Assembly (NCBI RefSeq): GCF_006345805.1
Contig: NC_042998.1
Coordinates: 24,986,001-25,050,000 of the forward strand
DNA length: 64,000 bases
From: Octopus sinensis
Lineage: Eukaryota
Reading direction: 5' to 3'
Shown: piece after piece, positions 36,805-50,162 of the stretch
Numbering within the stretch: position 1 is the first letter of the stretch
How the letters are laid out: each line of letters opens with the position of its first letter
Program-made: the position numbers and the translations under genes
Notes under the pieces: model-generated
The model's database searches: none
Told to the model about the DNA's origin: nothing
What the model saw: only the letters and a program-made list of their open reading frames with translations

Positions 36805-38991
36805 AATAGGCGTAGGAGTGGCTGTGTGGTAAGTAGCTTGCTTACCAACCACATGGTTCCAGGTTGAGTCCCACTGCGTGGCACCTTTGGCCAGTGTCTT
36901 CTACCAACCTTGGACTTCCCAAGAGGAAGAAACACAAGCCCTGGGTGACGAAGAAGGTTAAACGAGAACGTCGACTCAGAGATATTGCTTGGGCTGAATT
37001 CAAAAATCTGGATTCGACTGCAGCTTTTGAGGTGTACAAAACTCAACGAGACCGAGCCGTGAAAATTGAAAAGAAAGAACGCTTCAGTTATGAATACAAA
37101 ATCGCGGCAAATGTCAGTAGCAATCCAAAAACCTTCTTTGCCCATGTCCAGCGGAATTCCCGCTTGAACAACCAGATTGCAACGTTGGTAGACTCAACAG
37201 GCGTATCGATTGAGGACCCTTATCAACAGAGTCAATTATTTGCCGAGGCTTTTTCAACTATTTTCAAACAAGATGATGGTCGTGAACCCCCTCCATTTGA
37301 TAGATCGGTACCTCCAATGCTTCGATTGATCATTCACGCGGACCAAGTCAAACGTGTTATTCAAGGCCTCGATGTCAACAAGGGTCACGGCCCTGACGGC
37401 ATACACCCCGGGTTATCAAGCGTTGGCTCCGGTCATCTGTGAGCCCTTAACACGACTATTCAATATGTCATTGGCGACGGGTGTTATACCTGCAGACTGG
37501 AGAACAGCGATAATCTGCCCAAATTTTCAAGAAAGGGAGCCGCGAAGACCCGCTTAACTACTGACCGGTTTCCCTTACATCAATAATCAGCAAGATGTTC
37601 GAAACCATCCTTAAGAAAAGTATGATGCTCCACCTCCTAAACACAGCCTCGATCACTGATTCCCAACACGGCTTCGTGCCGAAGAGATCATGCTTGACCA
37701 ACTTACTAGTAATGGAAGAATTGGTGATGCACATCCTCGATGATAGTGATGCTGTTGACATCGTTTTATTGGACTTTGCCAAAGCTTTTGACTCGGTAAA
37801 CCACCGCCTACTACTTGTCAAGCTTCAAGCATATAGTTTCCATCCGGATATTGTACGATGGGTTGGTGCCTTCCTCTCAGATCGCTCCTTCCAAGTTCAA
37901 GTTAATGGTTCGCGGTCCGACGTCTCCAGTGCGAGCAGTGGCGTGCCTCAAGGTTCAGTGCTTGGGCCCTTGTTGTTCTTAGTCTTCATAAATGACTTGC
38001 CCGACGACCTCACGCAACACACCCTTCTATTTGCCGACGATATCAAACTGGTCGCTCCTCGCGGTAGTATAGAGGATCTTCGTCGATGCCTCCACCAAAT
38101 TTGGAAGTGGTCTAACGATTGGGACCTGTGTCTGAACGTGTCAAAGTGCTGTCATCTGCCTGTTGGCTCTACTCCTGCAACTCACTTGATTTCGAGCCGG
38201 GTCGTCTGCTGCTGGAGAGGACCGATCAGGTAAAGGACCTGGGTATCTTGGTGGATTCCTCCTTTCCTTTCGCCTTCACCCAGTGCATCCATGCTGCCAA
38301 CAAAGTGCGCGGAATTCTGTTTTTGATTCGACGGTCATTCGGAATGCTCACAGCAGCCATATTCCTGCCACTCTATGTCACGCTGGTGAGACCCATATTG
38401 GAGTATGGGATTCAAGCCTCTTCTCCTTATCTCCTCAAAGACATACAGCACCTCGAAAGAGTCCAGAGGCTGGCTACCCGCATGGTTCATGGTCTCAAAA
38501 ATTTGTCCTACGAAGAAAGGCTGAGGACGCTCGACCTTTGTTCTCTGAAAAACGCCGCCGCCGTGGTGATCTCATTCTCGCCCACAACATCATAAGCGGG
38601 AAGTGTAACCTCTCGAAAGAGCTGTTCTTCACTCCTGCTCCGGAGCGTCGGCTGCGGGGTCATTCAAAAAGCTCTACCTGCGACGATTTCATCTCAATCG
38701 AAGGGAGGAGCTTTCTCTCCGTCTGGGTTGCGGATCCGTGGAACAAGCTGCCAGACGAGATGGTGAAGATGCCGACGACCGCTTTGTTCAAAGCCTCCCT
38801 GGACCTCAAGTGGCCTGAACTCTTTACATGAACACCACCCTGTACTTAACTCCATGTCCCCCTACATGGCCTTACAATTTGCTTTTGAGCCAAATTAACT
38901 AACTAACTAACTAACTAACTAACCTCGGACCAACCAAAACCTTGTGAGTGGATTTGGTAGACGGAAACTGAAAGAAGCCTGTCGTATATAG

Positions 38992-39037
<46 letters not shown>

Positions 39038-39246
39038 ATATGTTTGTGTGTCTGTGTTTGTCCCCCCGCCCCACATCGCTTGACAACATCCCTGTAACTT
39101 AGCAGTTTGGCAAAAGAGTCTGATAGAATAAGTACTAGGCTTACAAAGAATAAGTCCTGAGGTCGATTTGCTCGACTCAAGGTAGTGCTCCAACATGACC
39201 ACAGTCAAATAATTGAAACAAGTAAGAGAGTAAAAAGAGTAAAGAG
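36805..39246 (+). mobile_element. SINE-A split by the CR1 insertion (36805-36915 and 38921-39246)
   Basis: Head to GTGTCTTCTACC, resumes AACCTCGGACCAACCAAAACCTTGTGAG. Confidence 0.85.
36916..38920 (+). mobile_element. 5'-truncated CR1-clade LINE (RT with frameshifts), (TAAC)n tail, 10-bp TSD
   Basis: GPDGIHP, QHGFVPKRSCLTNLL, LDFAKAFDSVNH, GVPQGSVLGPLLF, LFADDIKL, LVRPILEYG, LERVQRLATRM, RRRGDLI; AACCTTGGAC (36906-15) / AACCTCGGAC (38921-30). Confidence 0.9.
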
Positions 39247-39329
39247 TAATATACATTGCTCCAGTCTGATTACAGAGCATCTGGTTGGGGCAATACTAAT
39301 TGTCACGGTAGCTTCAGTGTTGTCTCAGA

Positions 39330-39950
39330 TCATCATCATCATTGTTTAACATCTGCTTTCCATGCTAGCATGGGTTGGACGTATGACTGAGGACTGGCGA
39401 ACCAGATGGCTGCTCCAGGCTTCAATCTTGATCTAGCAGAGTTTCTACAGCTTGATGCCCTTCCTAACGCCAACTACTCCGAGAGTATAGTGGGTGCTTT
39501 TACGTGCCAGTCAGGTGGCACTGGTAACAACCTTGCTTGAATCTTTTACACATGCCACCGGCGTGGGTGCCAGTTAGGCAATGCTGGTAATGATCACACT
39601 CGAATGATACCTTTTACGTGCCACCGGCATGGTGACCAGATAGCCGCTCTGGCAACGATCATGCTCGGATGGTGCTCTTAATACCCTACTAGCATGGAGC
39701 TCGAGTGCCAGTAGTGCAACACTCGTAACTATCATGCTTGAATGGTGCCTTTTAAGTGCTACTGGCACGGAAACTGGTTAGCTGCTCTGTCAATGATTAC
39801 ACTCATATGGTGCTCTTTGCACCCCGCTAGCACAGACGCCAGTCATCGACTTTGATTTTGATTTTTGATTTCACTTGCCTCAACAGGTCTTCACAAGCAG
39901 AGTTTTAGTGTCCAAAGAAGGAAAAGATAAGCATAAGTGCTATAGGTGAA
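39330..39950 (-). mobile_element. RTE 3'UTR-only copy
   Basis: CATCATCATC...CTTTCCATGCTAGCATGGG; GATGCCCTTCCTAACGCC; TTTTACGTGCCA sub-repeats. Confidence 0.8.
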
Positions 39951-40136
39951 GAAATACCAAAGCAAGAGAAACAATATCACATAAAAGATCTTTTGCAATT
40001 TCTCTAGTGTATTATCCATGAGGGGTTAGTCTCTAGCCTTTGAGTATAACAAGCAAATACAATAACCAAATCAGGAAAAGATCTAAGTCAGTGCAAACAG
40101 TGTGGAATTGGGCATCTGGCACAGCAAATGCATTAA

Positions 40137-40598
40137 CCCTTTCATTACTAACCTGGCTGAAACCACCTCTGGCTCTGAGTACAAATGTCTTGTTTTCATA
40201 AGTTTTGAGTTAAAATCTTCCACCAAACCTTAGTCACAATTTTTGTTCCTAACACTAGCTTAATGATAACTAAGTTATTTTACTAATCTCTTTGTTATAT
40301 TTAAAATCATTTGAAAGAAACACAGAGCACCTCAACAGAGATATGGTAACGAAAGGGTTAACAAATGATTAATTTAACTCTTTTGTTACCAACCCAACTG
40401 AAACTGGCTCTGGCTCTGAGTACAAATGTCTTGTTTTCATAAGTTTTGAGTTAAAATCTTCTACCAAACCTTAGTCACAATTTATGTTCCTAACACTAGT
40501 TTAATGATAACTAAGTTATTTTACTAATCTCTTTGTTATATATAAAATTAATTGAAAGAAACACAGAGCATCTCAAAATAGATACAGTAACGAAAGGG
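40137..40598 (-). mobile_element. piggyBac-type MITE dimer, reverse orientation (40137-40357 + 40378-40598)
   Basis: TTAA flanks; spacer CAAATGATTAAT is the reverse complement of ATTAATCATTTG. Confidence 0.85.
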
Positions 40599-40604
40599 TT
40601 AAGT

Positions 40605-41335
40605 GGGCTTTGACATGAAGGTTAACCTATCATATACTCCCAGCTGCTCATCATTACATGGTAGGTAATTCTTAAATCCACACATCTTGAAGTAATCGAT
40701 TTTGTAGGTCGTTTGCTCTCTTGGTGGGATGTGATGTACATCAAACTGTTCATTGGTAGCTTTGCTGATGAAGCGAACATTGTGATATGCATGATGTATT
40801 TCCATCAAATACCTGCCTTGTCATGTAAGTGAAACATTTCTTGGAAAGAAGAGAAGGATCATCTAGTAATGACTGAAGTTTCTTATCATCTTTCTGAACA
40901 GAGGCTACGCATGTGAGATCTTAAGATGAAATAGGGAATAAGGTTGATGCTTCCTGTCATAAAGATGTGTCGGCCTCAATTTTATCCTTGCCTGAGATGA
41001 GTCTGCTATCGAAAGAAAGTTTAATCAAATAGTTCGTGCAACACAATTTCCTGGAAAAATGTCACTCTTGCTTGGTTTGCAGGAGTGCCAGTGGCACTTA
41101 AAAGACTTAACCAAGAGCAGCACTTCCCTTTGCCCTTTGTTCGACATGCAAAGAGAGGCTTTTAGTCGCAAGAATGCCGATACCACCTTTACCCTTTCTT
41201 CCTTTCTAGTCAGCACTATGCATTCCTTACCCTTTCACTCTCTATTGACAGACAACCTTTTTCTACACTATCAGCTACTAACCAGAGAGCCATCTCCTTG
41301 TCGTCACTATCTCTAGAATTGCTACTGTCTCTTTA
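40605..41335 (-). pseudogene. Degenerate LINE AP-endonuclease domain
   Basis: WLSG...D*KGRKGKGGIGIL (R..R.GGGV motif) and IPPREQTTYKIDYF...LGVYDRL (PTR...IDY / SDH-like). Confidence 0.5.
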
Positions 41336-41899
41336 ACAGCCTGTTGGGCAATGAATAAATGGTGATACCACCTTTACTCAGGCAACGAATAAACATATGT
41401 AAATAATATTTCTTCCTTCTTGGTGTTAATTCTTCAATGTTTACTGATACTCCGATGTGAGAACCTTCAAGCATTACATCAATACGCTACATTTAGTAGT
41501 GGGCTACATCATATCAAATTGATATGGCACAACACATTTTTCTTTCAGCCCGCTACAGATATCTCTCTATATATAAACGGCAAAATGTCTGTCTGTGTGT
41601 GTGTGTGTGTCCTTTATACAAATCCACAATTTTTTAGTTAGAGGGCTTACACTTTCTATGGTTGTTCAAAACCGTCCAAGGATGGGTGTGCATATCGTTA
41701 CGTTTCCCCAGTCACCCTGCAAAGCCATTGAAAATTCAATAGAAGTGACTTTTTTGTGAATTTTCTATCCAAAACCCAATCAAAATGCCCGAAACTTGAT
41801 ACACCAATTGAATGCCAGCTAGCTGTATGTGAATGATCAGAGATTTGGACAGTACTCGCGTGTATGTGTGCACGCACGCAGCTGTATATGCATGCACTA

Positions 41900-43640
41900 G
41901 TTTCTTTTAAAATTTTTACCATGACCTATAACTATTCCAGAGCTAAGAGCATAATCATAGTAAGCTGCAAACCTATACATTTAATGATGTATCAACTTGG
42001 TTATTGGGTGCTGAGTAACATAATTCTAGATATAAACTAAATCAGATGGTTTGGTTTAGCTAGTAAATACAAAATTGATTTGTGTTCAATTGGTTATCTA
42101 ACAATATTGCTTAACAACTTTCAAGAATCAACTATTTAATGTACCTTTCGGTTTAACAACCCAAAAATGCCTTTTAACAACAGATGTATTCTGTTGTTGA
42201 GTTAAAGAATGATTGTATCCAATGACTTAGTTTAATTACTAAATGAAGTATTCAACTGATGTTGCATTGATTCATTATCACAGTTAATCAGATAAAACCA
42301 GTGTTTAACAAGTAGTTCAAACAGAGACTATATTCAATGACTGAGTAAGCCATCAGCTATATTTAATAATAGAATAACATTGATTCTGTATAGCAACTAA
42401 AAGCAAAATATCTTCAATGATCAATTTCCATTAGACCCTTTTGAACAGATTTCCACTTGTCTTTCCTTCTTTCTATAATGAGTTTAAGCAAATTTGAACA
42501 TTACTATTTTACATTCAATAGACTATTGAAAATTCTGTGTGGTATTTCATAAATTGCAAGTGTAACAGCCATAATTTGTTTATTTATACATGTATTAAAA
42601 TACATTAAGAACATAGTGAAAAGTCGTGTTTGGCAATTTTATGACATTATACTATCATTCTGTACTGTAGTAAAATATTTAGAATCTCAACATTTTTACT
42701 TCTCAAAGATGATACATTAACACACCATCCAAGCCACTAAAGTAATCGAATAATTCTCAGGAGGCTCTAGATTTTACACCTCAAGGAGCATAAAAGCATA
42801 CACAAAGATTCTTTCTGGTAATGCCGTTATTTTTTAGCCCATATTGATTTTCTTCTAGTTATTGTTACTGTTTTTTATTACTTTCAACATGGTTTCTCAC
42901 AGTTTTTTTCTATTTTGTAATAGTTTTGTTACTTGTACTATTTTATTTTCCTTATGAGATTAGACTCGATTTCCTGTACAGTGCAAAATTGTATTATATC
43001 TTTCTAGGAATAAATATTGGTTGCTTAAATGAAACTGGATTCTCCAGCTTACATTAAAGTTATTATTGGCTTGTCTCACATCATCTCATGATGTTACTGA
43101 AAAATTAAAATAATGTCTTCATTGCTTACACTTAATATACAACATTTTTCAATTATACACTACCCATAGTATCAGCTGCATATATCAGTTATAAGCATAA
43201 AAGCTTCTTGACAACAGAGTTTCGATAAAGCATGTAAAATAAAAGTGCTTTGGATGTAGCTATTAGCGAGTAATTTGCTGCAGATAAGATTTTGGATGTC
43301 ACTGAAGGATCTGAAATTAGATTTAAAGGAAGTAAACGAGTCAATTTTTCTTTTTTTGTCATGTAATTTCATGCTCTGCCGAAACCAAGTCTTGTCAAAC
43401 ATCTCTTCCTTCTATCAACGAGAACATTTTCTATATCTTTCAAGGGATTGCGACATTCTTCTAACATTTTATAACATGAAAGTGAAAGAGCTCGGCGACA
43501 GCTCCATTCATTCCTCAGTGAAGATGAAGGAGATCAATTTGTTAAGTCTCCTTTGCAAGATGTTTTGATGATCTCTCTGTACAAATGGTACGTCAGACCT
43601 TTTTGATAATACCGAGACTGCATAGGAATGAAGCTTGTAT
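41900..43640 (-). pseudogene. Very degenerate piggyBac-like transposase
   Basis: Motif-like readings in the expected order: SWRIQFHLSN, PPENYSI, C*DSKYF, VTLAIYEIPHRIFN...EEGKTSG; many stops. Confidence 0.3.
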
Positions 43641-43656
43641 AAACAAACTAATACTC

Positions 43657-43884
43657 TCTCTTACTCTTTCACTCTTTTACTTGTTTCAGTCATTTGACTG
43701 CGGCCATGCTGGAGCACCGCCTTTAGTCGAGCAAATCGACCCCGGGACTTATTCTTTGTAAGCCCAGTACTTATTCTATTGGTCTCTTTTGCCGAACCGC
43801 TAAGTGACGGGGACATAAACACACCAGCATCGGTTGTCAAGCAATGCTAGGGGGACAAACACAGACACACAAACACACACACAT

Positions 43885-43932
<48 letters not shown>

Positions 43933-44096
43933 GACAGGCTTCTTTCTGTTTCCATCTACCAAATCCACTCACAGGCATTGGTCGGCCCGGGGCTATAGCA
44001 GAAGACACTTGCTCAAGATGTCACGCAGTGGGACTGAACCTGAAACCATGTGGTTGGTTAGCAAGCTACTTACCACACAGCCACTCCTGCGCCTAT
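43657..44096 (-). mobile_element. SINE-A, full length
   Basis: Tail CTCTTTTACTTGTTTCAG to head CCACACAGCCACTCCTGCGCCTAT. Confidence 0.9.
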
Positions 44097-44102
44097 AGTT
44101 GA

Positions 44103-44144
<42 letters not shown>

Positions 44145-44533
44145 GTAATGCCTATAGAATTGTAAGTCATTTGATGTGTCAGACAACAAATAATAGATGG
44201 AAAAAGAAGCAAAGAGAATGGTGAAATGATTGCGAAGCTCTGAAACAAATTTAAGGTGTTTCCTTAAAAACGTTCTTCACCAACACATTTTACAGGCAGA
44301 GAAGCTATTTTGGTTTAGTAGTGAATGGATTTCATTAAAATGCAAGATACAAAACAGCTGAGGGATCAGGATATGAGATTAACTGCTCAGACATTTTCAG
44401 TTTTTAGTGTACATATTACATATTATATGCATTTTTGGCGTTTTTAACTATAATTCTACAGGTTTTCCTTTCCACTGGGAAAAAATGTACAATATATGGG
44501 ATGTTACTTTTGATATTCTAACACGAATAACAT

Positions 44534-44847
44534 TACAGTTCTATATTTAAGAGATGAGGAATTATGTACATTATTTACAATATGCCCATGGGCATATGGT
44601 GTAGTGGTTAAGAGTGCGGGCAACTAACCCCAAGATTCCAAGTTCGATTCCAGGCAGTGACCTGAATAATAGCAATAATAATAATAAGAAGAAGAAGAAG
44701 AAGATTGAAAAATACCTTAGGAATGAGAAATGAGAACCCGAGTTTGAAATTTCCCCAAGACACCTGATGAAGGCTGGAGGGTATATCAGCCAAAACGTGT
44801 TAACAACAAACAAGATGAGGACAAATATCCGTCGAATGTAAATAATG
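44534..44847 (+). mobile_element. tRNA-headed, HHR-tailed SINE-like element (copy 1) with an upstream inverted tail piece
   Basis: A box TGGTGTAGTGG and B box GTTCGATTC (44591-44662), (AAT/AAG)n, GACAC-CTGATGA-A-GGCTG...CAGCC-AAAACGT (44759-44801); 44534-44579 is the reverse complement of the tail extension. Confidence 0.75.
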
Positions 44848-45589
44848 AAGAATGACATTACATCGATAGGAACTCTTAAATAATTTTGGATCTTTATTGA
44901 GCCATGCTTAATGTCTTACTTCCACCATCTCTTTGATTAGTATATGGGCTGTATGTGACAATAAAAACATGTGAGACTTCTGTGAAGCCCAGAATACGAC
45001 TGCTAAGTTGATGTTGTTTAGGGTTCAATCATAGAACCATATTTTTTAGACAAAAAAAGAAGAAAAAAGCAGAAGAGCAAATAGAGAGACAGACTCTCTA
45101 TTGAAGAGGATGGAAACATTATAGATGAGAATTTCTTTCACCAAGTTCCTTTCTTGGTGGTAACTAAACTTCTGTGATGATGAAACTTTAGCACCCTTAA
45201 AATTTTGCTGAAATTAAATTGCTCCTTTTGACATTTGTAAATTAAGCATTTAGGTCTGGCATTATAAAAATCTTTTGCTAACTGGAATTACCAATCTCCA
45301 GCAGCAAACCAAAAGGGAAGCTCTAATCAGTTACTCAAACTCCAAGAGATAACAAAAAATTTTCTTCAAATCACACAAAAGGTTTCCTGTTTGTCCTCTT
45401 ATTTGGACAATTGGACAGAAATCTATTCATTTTACCATTTCAGTTATACCCTAGTAATTTGTTAATTCTCCTGGTCTCTTTCTATTAATGACTTATTTTC
45501 TGTTATTTCTAAATCAAAACACACACCAGTGTGCTACACAAACAATCCTCTTTTTATACACAGGTTTTATTTCTTTATCGCCCACTGCT

Positions 45590-45830
45590 GGTGTCACATA
45601 AAAAGCACCAACTGATTGGCTGCTGCCAGCCTCCCCTGGCACCTGTACCAGTGGCATATAAAAAGCACCCACTACACTCACAGAGTGGTTGGCGTTAGGA
45701 AGGGTATCCAGCTGTAGAAACACTGCCAGATCAGACTGGAGCCTAGTGCAGCCTCCTGGCTTCCCAGACCCCGGTCGAACCATCCAACCCGTGCTAGCAC
45801 GGAAAATGAACGTTAGAAGATGATGACGAA
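45590..45830 (+). mobile_element. RTE 3'UTR fragment
   Basis: AAAAGCACCCACTACAC...GGCGTTAGGAAGGG...CCCGTGCTAGCACGGAAAA. Confidence 0.75.
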
Positions 45831-46460
45831 AGGGCTAAACACAGAGGAGACAAACAAGGACAGACAAAGGGATTAAGTCGATTACATCGACCCCAGTGTG
45901 TAACTGGTACTTAATGTATCAACTCCGAAAGGATGAAAGGCAAAGTCGACCTCGGCGGAATTTGAACTCAGAATGTAACAGAAGGTCTCATCGACATCAA
46001 GTTTCAATATTTTAGCTAATAATGCTCATCTTCTATGAAGAGGGTGAAAACATCCTTCAACTGATGCACAAAAATTTAATTTCCTTTAATGATTTAATAG
46101 CACCAAAACATTATTATATAACCAGAAAAAATACTTATCTCTGCATAAAAGTTGGGATGGTCACAATTAGAATGTCTTTAATCATTGGTCTGCTCAGTGA
46201 GGGCTAATCTGGAAGTTAAATAATACCTATTTCTTTACTACCCACAAGGGGCTAAACACAGAAAGGACAAACAAGGACAGACAAATGGATTAAGTCGATT
46301 ACATCAACCCCAGTGTGAAACTGGTACTTATTTAATCGACCCCGAAAGGATGAAACGCAAAGTCGACCCTGGTGAAATTTGAACACAGAACGTAGTGGCA
46401 GACGAAATACTGCTTAGCATTTCGCCCCCCGTGCTAATGTTTCTGCCAGCTTGCCGCCTT
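45830..46460 (-). mobile_element. Two SINE-B copies (45830-45985, 46225-46460)
   Basis: GGGCTAAACACAG tails and GGATGAAA.GCAAAGTCGACC domains. Confidence 0.8.
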
Positions 46461-47514
46461 GAGTTAAATAATACCACTGCCTCTAGCATACAAACCGTGA
46501 ATAACCACACACAACTAAAGCCATGTCGTTCTTACAAATGCTAAATGTTTCTATCTCTGATGACCTCTTGGAGTGGTTGCATATATATCATAGATGCAAA
46601 ATTACATAGCAATGATAGAGTTTAATTTACTCCTCCAAACTGTAGCCCACAGACATGCTTCCTCCTCACCCACCCTCTCTCTCTCTCTCTCTCTCTCAGA
46701 CTTTTCTCCTGCTATTACATTGGTCTCTGTCTCTTAGAAGCAGTTGGTCAAATGTCACTTCAACTCAGCTAATCCAATGCACTTATCTCCTTTTCTTCCT
46801 TTCACCCATATTATATCCACCCCCACCAAGCCTGATAATAAATATGCCATGTCCTTCTATTACAGCTCATTAGTCCACTCATATTCCCCCGCCTCTCACC
46901 TCTCTATGTTTTTCCCTCCGCAGCAGCAGCAGCCAGTTTATAACTGGTCAAAAAGAACATTAAGTGTATTGATTACAACAGCCTGTGAAAGCATTTGACA
47001 CATCTCCTTCCTGCAAATCAAACAAATGATAAGACTAGAAAATGCCCAAGACTATTCTTAAATACTTGATATTCTAAATACAAGCAGCCTGACAGTTGCT
47101 GATTATTATCTGTAAAGCATACAAGTTTACCCTGTAACAGAGAACTGCTCTAACACCTCAAGCAATGCTTCATCTGTTGACTTTTATAATTAAGACCTCA
47201 TTCAGAAAACGACTGCCTGCCTGATATATTCTGACCTCTGAAGCCAACAAGGGAGCGTCTACGTTGTCACACAATCATATCTCAAACAGGAGTGCATAGT
47301 CTTTCCCAATTGAGAGCTTCTTCGTCTGTGTTCACATTTATTTCTACATTGAGAAGTCTTGCTTTGGTGCTAGTGACTTCAATATTATAAATAATCTAGC
47401 TCTAAGTCGGTGCTGACCAAACAGACTAATATTCAAAACCATTTTGTGGCACACTTTGTCCAGTTTTATATTATTATTTCATTTTAGATGACAGCATGTT
47501 ATTTGAGGAACTAT

Positions 47515-47730
47515 TCTTTTTTACTCTTTTACTTGTTTCAGTCATTTGACTATGGCCATGCTGGAGCACCGTCTTTAGTCGAGCAAATTGACCCCAGGAC
47601 TTGTTCTTTGTAAGCCTAGTACTTATTCTGTCGGTCTCTTTTGCCGAACCACTAAGTTAAGGGTATGTAAACACACCAGCATCGGTTGTCAAGCGATGCT
47701 AAGGGGACAAACACAGACACACAAACATAT

Positions 47731-47761
<31 letters not shown>

Positions 47762-47924
47762 CGATGGGCTTCTTTCAGTTTCCATCTACCAAATCCACTC
47801 ACAAGGCATTGGTCGGCCCGAGGCTATAGTAGAAGACACTTGCCCAAGGTGTCATGCAGTGGGACTGAACCCAGAACCATGTGGTTCGTAAGCAAGCTAC
47901 TTACCACACAGCCACTCCTGCGTC
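47515..47924 (-). mobile_element. SINE-A, full length
   Basis: Family tail and head CCACACAGCCACTCCTGCG. Confidence 0.9.
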
Positions 47925-48899
47925 TTAATTATTATTTCTGCAGAGAGCTTTATTCAGCATCTTAAGAATTGTGATGACAGTTGAAACATGTTTATTCCTG
48001 GTCAAAGCACTAACCTCCTTACATAGGTTGTTATGTATACAAAATTCTTTTCCACAGAAGAAACGAGGTTTTGTCTTGTTGTACTTCTACACTTTGTGTC
48101 AGTAACACTGTATCATGAGCAAATTAAACTTCTCTAATGGGGACCAACAGGACTTTCCTATTTGCACACAAATGACAATGGTTAAACAACAATGCAGTGA
48201 CATAAAAAAAAGGTGGCCTGAATCAAGCCTACTCATGTACACACAAATATTTTAACAATGTCACATTTACTGAATAGAGAGAAGTTCTGCTGGACAAAGG
48301 CATAATTAGTAATTAAAAGATATTGAAAGTCAGAGGAAATTTTGCACTCCATAACCTCTATACTTAGGGCAACTTTCCTTCCCTGCTTCACTCTTGCTCT
48401 ATTTCTGTTTCTAGTTAGCTGTTGGTGATAATAGGGACTGAATTGGTGTTGTAGACAGGAAGCAGCAGATCATATTTTGAAGATCGCTTGGTAGAAACCA
48501 AATTGTCCATTAGAAGCAAACACTGTGAATATAAAAGAAAGACAACGAAGGCAAATTCTATCAAAAATTGGAATTAATATACACTATTGATATAAGGTTT
48601 CCTTCTAGTGGAAGTGAACAATGCCTTGTTTTTATATTTTTAACCATCAATAAATTAATTAACCAACTGGATACTTATGTATCATGCATCTTAAAGTAAT
48701 ATCTTTACTATAGCTAAACAGTTTTTAATAAGCTCCAGTATGATAGAATGATAAATTATCCATTAGAAAATGTTTCTTTCTCTTCTCCCTTTCTTTTTCT
48801 TTCTTTCTCTCTCAATATGTGTTTGATTGTATTCACATCTAACACATTATACTTAACTATATTCCAATTACCTAACTCAAAATTCCACTGTATGTTTGA

Positions 48900-49850
48900 T
48901 TCCATCAAGAACAGTGTTTGTTCTGAAACCAACAATAATATCTTTCCCACTATTTGAACCTTTGAAATATTATTGAATGAATTAGTTTTCCTATTGCTTT
49001 TTCAACACACTTTGACCTTGCCCATGTACCTTAGATTCTTAAATATCTGAAGAGCAGGAAGAATCCTATTACACTCTATGCAGAGTGATAATAAATCTCT
49101 TTGAACGAATGCTTCTGTTGATATTAACTTCATTTGATTGTCTTCAGAGCAAAGATTTGCTTCACAGTTAATTGCTTGTAGGTTTCCTAATAAACTAGAA
49201 TCAATGCTTTTGAGATCAATAACAAAATCAACAACGATATAAGCTACCACGAAAGCTATAACTATTCATCATTGCTATGGAATTAGTATGTGTGTTTTAT
49301 TCATGAGTAATTTATTGATGAAATGTTGGTACTTTTGTTTAGATAGCAATATCTTTAAAAGAAGCAGGAATAGACATGTAACTAATACAAGAGACACGAG
49401 TTTAAATTTATTGAATAATTCTGCTTTCATCTCTAAACAAGATAAAGGTTTGCACTTGACTAAAGTATTCTTTAAGTGAGACAATAGTGGAAATTTTCTT
49501 TGAAAAATGTTCTCCAATGAGAGACTTTTCTATGTTGTAGAATATTAATAATAATTTGGAAATTCTCATCATGTATTCTATTACAGAAATCTATAATGGT
49601 AAATAGAATCTATTGAAGTACTTTCTATAGCATCAAAGGATTCCTATGTTTTATAAATTCAAATCAATCCTCATGAAATATAAATGCTTTCATCAAAATA
49701 TCTGCAATATTTCTGTTTAATAAACATTAGGCTGTATAATTTCCATTTTCATCTGTATATAATAACAAATATATGCACATTATAACAAATTGACCTTGAG
49801 AACACAAGTTAATCATCATCAGACCAAACTGGCTGATCACTGGAAAATCC
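48900..49850 (-). pseudogene. Possible P-element/THAP9-like transposase C-terminal relic
   Basis: VAYIVVDFVIDLKSIDS...CEANLCSED...KLISTEAFVQRDLLSLCIECNRIL resembles the YIAGFV..kL...C..C...L...GL region; weak. Confidence 0.3.
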
Positions 49851-50162
49851 ATCTTTATTCAAGTTACCATGCTGCAGCAAGTTTAATCAGCAATTGAAAA
49901 GGGGAGTGCATGAAAATATGCGTCTCACTTTCATGAGAGATGAATGAAATAGTAACTCAGCACTGGCAGGAACTGATTTCTATTTAGTTGAGAGTAGATC
50001 AGAGCAAGCAAAGAAGAAAATATTGCTTTCAAAAGCTAGAAATTTCTTTACTGATTTGTATGTGTGAAGCCAAGGGATGTCTAGAATGAATACTGATCTT
50101 AAGAATGTATAACTACTAGTTATTAAAATAACTACTAGTTACTAAAAAAAAAAATAAATAAA

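Noticed and set aside
40599-40808. 69-aa ORF that looks protein-like, as a host exon
   Set aside because: Motifs fit the end of a decayed LINE endonuclease and no splice signals are evident
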